From Lingula anatina (taxonomy: Eukaryota > Animalia > Brachiopoda): a DNA stretch of 64,000 bases. The notes beneath the pieces were generated by a model. That model was not told where the DNA came from. It was given only the letters and a program-made list of their open reading frames with translations, and did no database searches. Positions 38,835 to 49,000 of the stretch are shown here, one piece after another (the stretch's first letter is position 1; each line of letters begins with the position of its first letter). Location: the NCBI GenBank assembly GCA_051362555.1, contig CM120647.1, forward strand, positions 20,746,651 to 20,810,650. Reading direction: 5' to 3'. The translations under genes were made by a program, and so were the position numbers.

Positions 38835-39668
38835 ATGTCTCGATATTTTAAACTGAGCGAAAGCTTTCTGCTTAGCGTCTGTCTGAATAAGTATCAGAAA
38901 CCTATAGTTGTGATAAGTGAATTGCGATCATGCAACAAACTTAGATTCTCTGCAGAAGCTTGGGAAGTATTGAAATCTACAATACCGAACACTGAATCAT
39001 CGATGAGTTCCTTACATGAATCGAACCCCATATGGATAGAGAACAATGGTGTTAGAGTAACGATCCACGACTACGAACCGAGTATCACTATATGCTACAA
39101 CCCTTACAAGAAGACATCTCGGCCACAATTTGAGGTAGAGATAGATCGTGCTACGTGGAAAACTTTGGTATGTAAAATACCTGAGATTGATGAAAGAATT
39201 AGGGTTTTAGCAAGTCCTCCGATCGCTGTGCCTAGTGTTGCAGTCGTTAAAATGAATGAGAGAGATGTAACAGAGGACATTGCTCTCGTTCGCCTTCTCT
39301 ATATCAAGTTCATAGCCAGAGAAATTTCAAGATTAGCCGCCAAGTACTGTACCGGGTGCGTTTCTGACCATCCTTCGCAAAAACATCATATGGATGGATG
39401 CATGGCTGAGTGGGATTGCTCCGTGCGTACCTATTTTGACGACGCCAAGGACAACATCACACATCAAAAGATTCTTCGGGGGTATAAAATAGTGAGAGAG
39501 AAACAGAATGAGTATGAAAACCCATACGTGTTATCCGTGATAATGTCTGTACCAATGTTAGAGGATTTTCTGCAGGATGTCTCTAATGAGAAAGAACTGT
39601 GGGTCCCTGATACCGAGATAGCTAAACTTGCATATGATGCATATGACACTGTGAACAATGACATTTAA
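38835..39668 (+). CDS. Polinton accessory protein, 277 aa, intact (possible PC4-like N-terminus; CxGC-x3-HPSQxxH-x3-C putative Zn-binding motif)
   Basis: ATG at 38835 (MSRYF); CTGCVSDHPSQKHHMDGCM; fold assignment is inference. Confidence 0.65.
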   Translation: MSRYFKLSESFLLSVCLNKYQKPIVVISELRSCNKLRFSAEAWEVLKSTIPNTESSMSSLHESNPIWIENNGVRVTIHDYEPSITICYNPYKKTSRPQFEVEIDRATWKTLVCKIPEIDERIRVLASPPIAVPSVAVVKMNERDVTEDIALVRLLYIKFIAREISRLAAKYCTGCVSDHPSQKHHMDGCMAEWDCSVRTYFDDAKDNITHQKILRGYKIVREKQNEYENPYVLSVIMSVPMLEDFLQDVSNEKELWVPDTEIAKLAYDAYDTVNNDI

Positions 39669-39673
39669 ATGAA

Positions 39674-39709
<36 letters not shown>

Positions 39710-39836
39710 AGCAAGTGACTGTTTACATACTGTATGTTACTTTTATTAGAAAGAGAAAAACTGTCAAATCGCATATATCTTTGCTTTTCATAAAGGAAGA
39801 ATATTTATGTTAGTTGTATTCACTGAATAAAATGTA

Positions 39837-41162
39837 CACACACTGGACAAAAGAAGTGTCACCCCCTAACTCAGAGTAATAAAAGTAGGCAGATCTAGGG
39901 TAATTATAATGCCTGGTCTACTTATAATGTGACTAATGAGTATAAAACCGCTGTACCATGGGATTGTATTGTTGGTCTTGTAAATGTACAGCAAATGTTA
40001 TTCCTGTCTTCCTCCAATATGGCAAGATACAGGCAATTATCTAACGGTTATAGGTGCAAGTTATTAACCTGAAGAGGCGGAATATAAGCAATGTCATTAT
40101 ATCGATACAATTGAATTGTTTAGTCAGAACCGTGCAGAGGGAAAAGTACTGGCCGTGAAGACCGACGACTGATTTTGATGTCCAGGTTGTCAAAGTTCGA
40201 CACTGCTTGTCAGTTGACAACACAGTGGAAAAATTTCACACATAAGAATGTGTATGTGAAAATTGCTAGGCGTCGGTTACATGCTCATAGAGTGTACAGC
40301 AGGGTAGCAAGACTGAAAACTCTTATATCGTTACAAAACAGGCAACGTAGAGTGAACTAGGGTCAACAGGATCTGGAACTGGACAGCCCATGACAATTGT
40401 TCCTATATATATTTTTTTCTGATGAGTGTCGCTTTGGTCTGACCTCTGATGACAGACGGGTACGATGCTGGCGAACTGCTGGTAAAGCATTTGAACCACA
40501 TGTACTGAATTTTCGAACCCGGAGCAGCATATTCATCATGGTGTGGGGCTGCATCAGCATCCATGGGATGAGCGAATTGATTGTGGTTGATGAAAACATG
40601 AATCACTAGAAATATATCGATGTTTTGGAGTCAGGCTTGCTACCATCTATTACTTACATGTTTGGTGACAGGAATTATCCATTTGTTCACCAGGATGACA
40701 ATGCTCCTTGTCACAGGCCAAGAGCAGTTGATGATTGGTTTGACCAACAGGGCATTCGCAGGGTGATGTGGCCTGCCCAGTGTCCGGAAGCAAACATAAT
40801 AGAAAATGTGTGGAATGATATGTCAAAACTTTTGACAAATGCCCGTCTAACTAGCAGAGAAACTCTGTTATATTCAGTGTTTCATGCTTGGGCCAGCATA
40901 AGCCCTGAACGCAACAGACAATTATATGAATCCTTGCCTCGTAGACTGGCACCTTTTATTAGGTCACGTGGCAATGCCACTAATACTAATTTTGGACTTG
41001 AAACTGCATATTTTGGTAGAATGTATATTTTGTTCTCATTTTGTGATTCTTTGAGAAATTTGATGTTAATAAAATGATACCAGGAGCATATCATTCCACA
41101 GTCATTTATCTCCCTCATAGTGTTGGCTCAGTAGGGGTGACACTTCTTTTGTCCAGTGTGTG
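39837..41162 (+). mobile_element. Tc1/mariner (DD34E) transposon nested in the Polinton
   Basis: TIR CACACACTGGACAAAAGAAGTGTCACCCC / GGGGTGACACTTCTTTTGTCCAGTGTGTG; TA TSD at 39835-39836 and 41163-41164. Confidence 0.93.
40019..40990 (+). pseudogene. Disrupted Tc1 transposase
   Basis: FSDECRF, MVWGCIS, HQDDNAPCH, WPAQCPEANIIENVW motifs; stops and frameshifts. Confidence 0.88.
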
Positions 41163-41430
41163 TACATATTTCTATGTATGAATAACCATGTAAATAATGA
41201 CAAAATGTTTTGTATTATTACCTTTTGTTAGTATAATTGATGGTTATTGTTTATTTTTAATGAAATAAAAATTAGTTAGTAGAAAAAAAGGTGTTTGTTT
41301 TCTATTTGAATATTTCTATTAACTGAACTATCTAAAACATTGATTGGTTGATTAATGAAAAGGATAAGAATAAATTGCACGTTCGTGAGAAATTCGTGTC
41401 ATTTTTAATTGATTTACCGAATAAATAAGA

Positions 41431-41784
41431 ATGGATGACAGTAAGGACTCAATGGATTGCTGTGTAAGTGATAGTATTTGCATCCCCTTTGCAAAAGAAT
41501 CGGATCGCATTTTGAGCTTTTTAGATTGGCCCGGCAAATTTCTCATCAACCCCTTACCGTTGGCTCTTTCGGGATTCTATCGCGATTTACATGCTCCTAA
41601 AAACGATGATACCGTACGTTGTTTCTACTGTCATGTGCGTTTAAAAAATTGGAATCCCTTGAATGATGCTTCGGACAGAGAACATAGAAAGCACTCACCT
41701 TATTGTAGCATGGCTACTCCTGAAACAAGAGAAAATAATCGGTACAACGCTCCTAACTCCCAAGACTCGCTTGGAATTTGTTAA
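41431..41784 (+). CDS. BIR-domain (IAP-like) protein of the Polinton
   Basis: ESDRILSFLDWP...LALSGFY...DTVRCFYC..LKNW...EHRKHSPYC, the canonical BIR CxxC/H/C pattern. Confidence 0.85.
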   Translation: MDDSKDSMDCCVSDSICIPFAKESDRILSFLDWPGKFLINPLPLALSGFYRDLHAPKNDDTVRCFYCHVRLKNWNPLNDASDREHRKHSPYCSMATPETRENNRYNAPNSQDSLGIC

Positions 41785-41981
41785 TTTGTTTGTTGCACGT
41801 GATCCGAAACCCCCATGCACTGCAAACATAGTGCAAACTTTACTTGATTTAGGTTTAGATGAACCAGACCATGCACCCTGGCCTCCTGTCCCCTAAACCG
41901 TGGAGTTTATTTTAAAATAGGACACTTGGACAACAAAGATTCATTCATCATACAGTACGAGGTGAAAATAGATGTCGAACA

Positions 41982-42970
41982 ATGAAAAAGAAAAGGACTG
42001 AAAGTATTGAGACATATTTAAAAATATATATATATTACAATCCTTCACACCCTGCGAGCTTTGGTGGAGTGTTGAAACTTTACAAGGCTGCTCGCAAAGA
42101 CGGAAAAAAAAGTCAGTGTCAAACAAATTAAAGATTTTTTAGCTGAGCAAGATACGTACACCCTGCATGCGCCAAGAAGAATACGATTTAAAACAAATCG
42201 AGTAGTTACGTCTGCAGCATTTGAGCAATTTCAAATTGATTTAGTGGATCTTACTAAATTAGCAAAATACAATAAAAATAATAATTTTATTTTGACTGCA
42301 ATCGATGTGTTTTCAAAATTTGCATGGGCTATTCCTATAAAAACTAAAAGCGCTCACAATGTTCTGGAAGCTTTCAAGCAAATTCTACAAAGTATTAAAT
42401 TTTATAAATCTCGCCTTCACGTTGTTCAAGCGGACGCAGGCACCGAATTTCGAAATCGAGCTTTCTTATCTTACTTAAAAGAACGACACATTGGCTTTTT
42501 CACAACCAAGAGTGAAAAAAAAGCTCTGTGATAGAGAGGTTCAATCGCACTCTTAAGTCACATTTGTTTAAATATTTTACTCATAATAACACGCTTACTT
42601 ATGTGAATGTACTCCCAGATCTACTAAAAGGATATAATTTAACCAAACATAGGAGTATTGGCATGTCACCTGCAGAGGCTATTCTAGACAAAAATTCCGT
42701 GAAGGTGTGGAAAAAATTATACGGCAAAACATCACAGATAAAAACAAAATTCAAATTCAAAGTAGGAGATACTGTAAGATTAAGCAAAATACGTTCTCCT
42801 TTTGCAAAAGGTTACGAACAAGGGTATACTCAAGAATTGTTCACCATATTTGCCCGTCTAGGAAGGAATCCCCCCGTGTATAAAGTTAAAGATTTAAATG
42901 ATGAGATAATAGAAGGAGTTGTTTATGAGCCAGAGATGATTCGTGTCATAAAGAAAGACAACGTGTATAA
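41982..42970 (+). pseudogene. Polinton retroviral-like (rve) integrase, frameshifted and truncated before the chromodomain
   Basis: YYNPSHPASFGG, QDTYTLH, FQIDLVDL, IDVFSKFAW, QADAGTEF, IERFNRTLK, KFKVGDTVR, KGYEQGYT; breaks off at DNVYK. Confidence 0.9.
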
Positions 42971-43441
42971 GTCACTAATTAAATCAATTATGTTAGAGTT
43001 TTGTATAGTCTCTCCGTCATATATCAACGAGCCTTGCTCATCATAAGATAAAATACCAGGGTGTTTGGCAATGAGTCTCAACACGCTGTTAGCTTTTTTA
43101 TGCATCCGGGTGGGAACCGATTCTAATATTTGCGTATCGATAAAGCGCTTTGTAGGTTCTACGTTTTCAAGGGGTTCATTTGCAGGCGTTTGCACGGAAG
43201 ATGTATTTTCTATAGTTACAGGGATAGGTTGTTTTTTTCGGGCAATCTGCAGATATTCATTCTGGAGTTCATTATATAATTCCATGCGTTTTTCAAACGA
43301 CAGATCTTCCCTTTGCATGATAGAACTCAATTCATTCTGCTTTCGTAAAATTTCATCCTGTAACGGTGAATAATTGACGTTCGATTTCCTTCGTAAAGCA
43401 TTCAACTCCGTTTCATCTATAAGAACCATCTTTTTAAACAT
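42968..43441 (-). pseudogene. Conserved Polinton hypothetical protein (KMVL...SNIIDL type), 3' truncated
   Basis: MFKKMVLID...LYNELQNEYL...ILESVP...NSNIIDLISD, then runs into antisense integrase sequence. Confidence 0.6.
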
Positions 43442-43748
43442 GTCTCAAAATGGGGTGTACAATCGCCTTGACTAATGACGGATTTTTAGCAAATATTTTC
43501 TTCTTGAATTTCAACGATCTCTGTTTCTCCACTAACTTAAGCACAAAGCTTTTGAGATGATTTAACTTTGTCCTCTCCTGTGGAGTTAATTTATATTCCG
43601 TATTGTACAAAAGATTACTAGCTAAATTGCACAGCGTTCGAATGAAGCTGTTTGGTGAATTTTCGATCACACTTTTTGTCAATCTTCTGTCAGCAATGGA
43701 TAAAAAATTAAGGTGTGGCATAAACGTGTTAGCCGATTCGGACTGCAT
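43434..43748 (-). CDS. Small basic conserved Polinton protein (104 aa)
   Basis: FIRTLCNLASNLL...LTPQERTKL...SLKFKKKIF; tightly packed downstream of the ATPase. Confidence 0.6.
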   Translation of the reverse strand: MQSESANTFMPHLNFLSIADRRLTKSVIENSPNSFIRTLCNLASNLLYNTEYKLTPQERTKLNHLKSFVLKLVEKQRSLKFKKKIFAKNPSLVKAIVHPILRHV

Positions 43749-43784
43749 GGTAAAATGACGAGATAATATGAAGACACATTCCTT

Positions 43785-44432
43785 TTATACTGGCACGTAA
43801 ACGTAATGCGTTTCTCCAGGAAAAATATTTGTTCGCAGACGTACTTCTTCTGGGGTTGTTTGACGGAAATCTATAAAAAGGTAGCTGTACGGCTTTGACG
43901 TGGCTTCTTTATAGATATCTATAAATTTCTTTGAATGTTGTAAAGATACCTGATGAGACAAGGCTCTGATCTGCGACTGATCACGAGGAGATTTCATAAG
44001 AACTAAATATTGCATGTTAAGCGAAATAGTTCTGGCATGTTTTTCTTTGGGAAATAACGTATGGGTAATAAGTATGATCGACACGTTGTTATGATGAGAA
44101 TTTCGTATGAAAATGTGTTTAATCTTAGGGTTTTCGAAACTTTCACTAAACAAATCATCTAAAATTAGAAGCGAGTATTTTTGGGCATCGAATATTTCTT
44201 CCAATTGTTCATCGTTTGGTATTCCTTCTATAAACTTTATGGGTTTGGAAACTTCTTTTTTAATTTTATCATAAGCATCTTGCCACACAGCGTAGGCAAA
44301 AATAATATTATCAAAAGCATGATCTGTCATTAAATCTGAGTTTCGCAAGAAATTTCGAAGAAAGGTAGTCTTGCCGGCTCCACTAGGACCGTTTATAACA
44401 CAGCTTAAGGGAAGTCGCATTCTCAAATCCAT
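43785..44432 (-). CDS. Polinton DNA-packaging ATPase (A32/FtsK-HerA family)
   Basis: Start MDLRMRLP at 44432; Walker A GPSGAGKT, Walker B LLILDD, SHHNNVS, RTISLN, PRDQSQI, PYSYLFID, RLRTNIF. Confidence 0.9.
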   Translation of the reverse strand: MDLRMRLPLSCVINGPSGAGKTTFLRNFLRNSDLMTDHAFDNIIFAYAVWQDAYDKIKKEVSKPIKFIEGIPNDEQLEEIFDAQKYSLLILDDLFSESFENPKIKHIFIRNSHHNNVSIILITHTLFPKEKHARTISLNMQYLVLMKSPRDQSQIRALSHQVSLQHSKKFIDIYKEATSKPYSYLFIDFRQTTPEEVRLRTNIFPGETHYVYVPV

Positions 44433-45195
44433 GCTTCTCAACTGAATGTCTCTGAGAGAGTAAAGCTTTATAAAAGCATACCTCTTCTCACACTTCCCTC
44501 CCTCCCCTTTCATGTCAAATGCTCCAGCTGAGAAATCACAACAACACAACACTTGATATGCCAAGAATTTATTTACAAAAAAAAAAAAAAACAAAAAAAA
44601 ACAAAAAAAAAAAAAAAAAACAACAACATTTTCTAAAATAATGATTATGACTTGCACTGTCTCTATGAAAGTATACAAATAAGTTCACAAATAAGTTTCC
44701 ACATCGTTAGTGTTGTGTGCTATGTCAGAAACGTCCTGTAAATCCGCTAATGTAGGCAGCTCTAATGTAGACAAGTCCAAGTTACGAGGTCTACGGTATC
44801 TATTAGACACTATTGTTTTTATCTTGTATGCAACTACAACTAGCCCTAGACTGGCCAAAGCTGCTACGGTGCTAGCTAAACCATCTGAAAAAAAATTCTG
44901 TGTAGTTACTTGTCAAGTACCGTCCATTCTTTCTTACATATATTTCCCACCAATTTCTGTTTGTTAAAATGAATTTTGATTATAACTTAACATCTGAGAT
45001 CACAAGCAAAAACTATCCTATGGTTAATAAAATATTTTTTTTGCGTAATGTCCACTCACTACTAGAAACGGCAAAACATTAAGTTCTGTTACTGAGGACA
45101 ATTCCGCCTAAAATTTGAGCGGTAAATTTTACCTCTTCAATTGGTCCATTAAAATCGAATGATCATTTTTAAAATTTTTCACTTTTTTCATTGGT

Positions 45196-45409
45196 CAAAT
45201 GATCATATGATCATATATTCGAGCCGTGTGATTTGTTAATTATTTTTCTTTTCAATTTAATGAGTATATAAATGACCACTCGGAGGGCTTTTTACCAAAG
45301 ACCAAATGATCATATGATCATATATTCGAGCCGTGTGATTTGTTAATTGTTTTTCTTTTCAATTTAATGAGTATATAAATGACCGCTCGGAGGGCTTTTT
45401 ACCAAAGAC
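45196..45409 (+). promoter_or_regulatory. Duplicated (2 x 107 bp) TATA-containing segment between the divergent Polinton gene blocks
   Basis: CAAATGATCATATGATC...GAGTATATAAATGACC... at 45196 and 45303. Confidence 0.5.
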
Positions 45410-45546
45410 TACAAAGTTTTGCTCACCACCTCACTTCTAGACCAGAGCCCTAAGAAGAGGCAAACAGAGACAGAAAAATGTAGATCAACTGAAAAGTAAG
45501 TTTTTTTAAAACTTAATACACACAAATACCAAAGCATATTGTTGTA

Positions 45547-45584
<38 letters not shown>

Positions 45585-46069
45585 AGGAGAGAAACTAACT
45601 TTTTTTCTTTTTCCCCAGAATTTGTATCATTGAGAGAAAACAAACGTGGATCAAAGATCATTCACCCGCCAAGACCAAGACAAAAGTAAGTAGATGTGCT
45701 GTACTGGTTGATTTTTTTTTAACATTTTTACTGTATATTATACATCTATGGCTGTGTTAAAAGCTAAAAATAAATGATTTCATTTATTAATTTTACAGGT
45801 AGTGTCATATGAAAAAGATCCATGGGTAGAGTCCCCCTTCCCTCTAAAAATTAGCTTCTGAAATAGCGAGTAACTATTTGGAGTGCTACCCGAGTTGCTA
45901 GTTGTTGCACGCGACTTTGAATTCAAACAGTTAAAAAGCGCAATTTAAGAATACATAGTAAGAAATTTCCATTTCTCAAGAGAAGAGAAAAAGGAAATTC
46001 ATTTTGTACACGGAGAGTTCCTACTAGACGAACTCATCTGTGAAATAGAGCATTTAAATTAGAAATTAA

Positions 46070-49000
46070 ATGGCTAATAACATACCTGAAGCGATTGGGT
46101 TAGATGATTTTAGTTCACCTTTAGATTTTACCGATTTGATAGATTTTGACATTTTGTCAGATATATCTGACAACAACTTCAATGTCAATAATCTTATAGA
46201 TGCAGATCAATTTTTAGATTGCTTTGAACAATCAACCCCTAGTGAGGTTGAAGATCCCCTAGTCAACTTATTAATCAATGACACAAATTCCGATAACACT
46301 GAAGACATAGGCAGTCTTGTAGAACAAGCAACCCCCAGGCAGGAAGAAAATTATGAGACTTGTGAAAATAGTATTTCTTTCCCAAAAGATCTTTGGGAAT
46401 GTTCTCCCCAGAAAGATCCAATGTGGGGTGGGGATGAGGGTGAGGGAGAGAACAGTAACCCTCGCGGCACGAATGATCAAATCAGCTTCAATAGCCCTAT
46501 TAATGTTGACGAAATTTTAGACCGCCTCCAATGTGAACCCTCAAGGGAGGTCGACGACCCCCTGCCCAACTTATTTTTCGATGACATTGACTTAGATCAA
46601 TTTTTAGAACAAACACCCCCTAGGGAGGAGGTAAATTCTCAAAGTGAAAATTACCAGAATGGTGAAAATTTTTACCAGAGTTTTTCCCAGAAAGATCTAA
46701 TGTGGGGTGGAGGTGAGGGTGAGGGTGGAACCAGCAGTGACTCCGACGGCACTGTTGATCAAAACAGCAAAACTGATCCAAGGGATTATTATACTTTGAA
46801 AAGCATAAACGAAAGAAAAATAAAAAAATTCAACACGACATGTTTAGATTTCAACTTACACTTTCGAAATATTGACAACGTTGCGATCACAGATGTGATT
46901 CCATTAATCCATACCATTTTCGAAAGTATTTTTTCGGAAATAACAACAGGTATGGACCCCCATGATTTGATTCGCGTTGTCATGCAAATCGATGCTCTGG
47001 ATCACCCAATTTCACTGCGATTTGTTACAGTGTCGCAGTTGTCTGTTGCGTTGTTCCTAGAGGAACTAGTAAAAGTATTACAATCGCATGAAAACTTCCG
47101 CCTAGATTCCTCTGTCAAAATGACAATATGCCACGTGACAATGCCTGAACCTGGTGCTGGTAAACTGGGGCGCGGATCATCTATCCTTGCCACCTGGAAA
47201 AATAAAAAACTTAGCATCATCCAAATTAAGAACAAGGATGATCAGCTCTGTTTTGCTCATGCAATAGTTGTAGCGCGAGCTCGTTTAGAAAAAAAACTTA
47301 TTTAAACAATTGACCCATCCTAAACAGGATTCGCTTCAACTGAAATTAGCCCGAGAGCTGCACGCGGCTGCTTATGTTCCAGAAGGCCCTTGTGGCCTTG
47401 AAGAAATAGAGAAATTTCAACGGTATTTGTCAGAATACCAAATTTACATAATTTCGATTGATACGGATTTATCTGTTATGTACAGAGGGCCAGAGAGAGA
47501 AAAACAACTCTTTCTCCTTTTTGCACAAAATCATTTTGATGTTATAACATCCCCACAAGCAATTTTTGCAAGAAGTTATTTTTGCAGTAGTTGTTGTACG
47601 GGATATAACAACAAATTTCAACACAGCTGCAAAAATTCCTGCTATTATTGCAGGGAAGTACCAAGATGTATATTCCAATCCTGGACGCCCTGCATAGACT
47701 GCAATAGGTATTTTTATTCTTTCTTTTGCTATCGGAACCATAAAAGAAAGATGGCCAACGGGGGGATGTCCATGTGTAATTTGACATACATGTGTAAAAC
47801 ATGTAAAATAATTGTCAATGTCCAAAAAGAAAAAAAAACACGTGTGTTTCCAATACAAATGTTACACGTGTAAACGTCATGTTAAAAGAGGCCATTTATG
47901 TTACATGCAACCCCTTAGCGATCACGCCTTAGAGGCAAGTGCACTCGAGGATATTGAATCGAGTAATAGTGACGGGGGGAAGAAAAAAAAGGGGCAGGGT
48001 TCTAGACGGCCTTTCATTTTTTTTTTGATTTCGAGTGCATCGAAAGACCTGATGGTGTTCACGAACCAAATTTGATAGTTGCACATAGAGTCTGTTTGAA
48101 TTGTTTGGATATGGAAATCACCCCAAATAGCAATTGTGAATATTGCAAAAAAAAAATGAATGGGTGTTCGAGGGTCCAAACTGCAACAATGACTTTTGCA
48201 AATTGGTATTTGAAGGTCAAAACCCTTCAAAAAACAATAATGCAAAAAGGCGCAAAGTCGAGAATACCGATCAGAAGAGTATTGATGATGGAGCTATTCT
48301 GATAGCTCATTATGGAAGTGGCTACGATTTTTATTTCATCTTACAATATCTGAAAAAAGAGGGTAATAAACCAAAAGTTCTTGTCAGAGGAGCAAAGGTT
48401 TTGTCTATTACAGTAGGAAAAATAAAAATAATCGACTCATTCTGCTTCCTTCCGATGGCTCTGAGTAAACTCCCCGCTACATTCGGTCTCGATGAGTCAC
48501 TCACAAAAGGTTATTTTCCACACCTTTTCAATAGACCCGACAATCAACATTATCGTGGACCTATGCCCTCTTACAAATTCTACAACCCTGACTGTATGAC
48601 AAAGAGTGGTAGAAAGGCATTTTTCACATGGTATGAGGAACAAATTCAGAATGAATACGTGTTCGATTTTCAATCTGAAATCCTCAAGTACTGTAAGACG
48701 GATGTAACCATCTTGTGAAAAGCTTGTCTTAGCTTTCGTCAGTTATTTCTTGACATCACAGGCGAAAAGGGGAAACAACTCGATGTCTTTCAGATTGCAG
48801 TAACCATTGCTGGTGCTTGCAGTGTAGTATTTCGCACACTTTTCTTGAAAAAAGAAACCATAGGAGTCATCCCTAGGAGGGGGTATAACCCCAAGCAAAA
48901 AACATCAATCAAAGCCGCACAATGGCTAGCTTATAGAGCTCATATAGACAATTTACCTATCAAACATGCCCTGAACGGGGGGGGGAACAGCGAATTGCAG

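Noticed and set aside
44433-44678. N-terminal extension of the ATPase ORF given in the ORF track
   Set aside because: Low-complexity poly-T read-through; the likely real start is MDLRMR at 44432.
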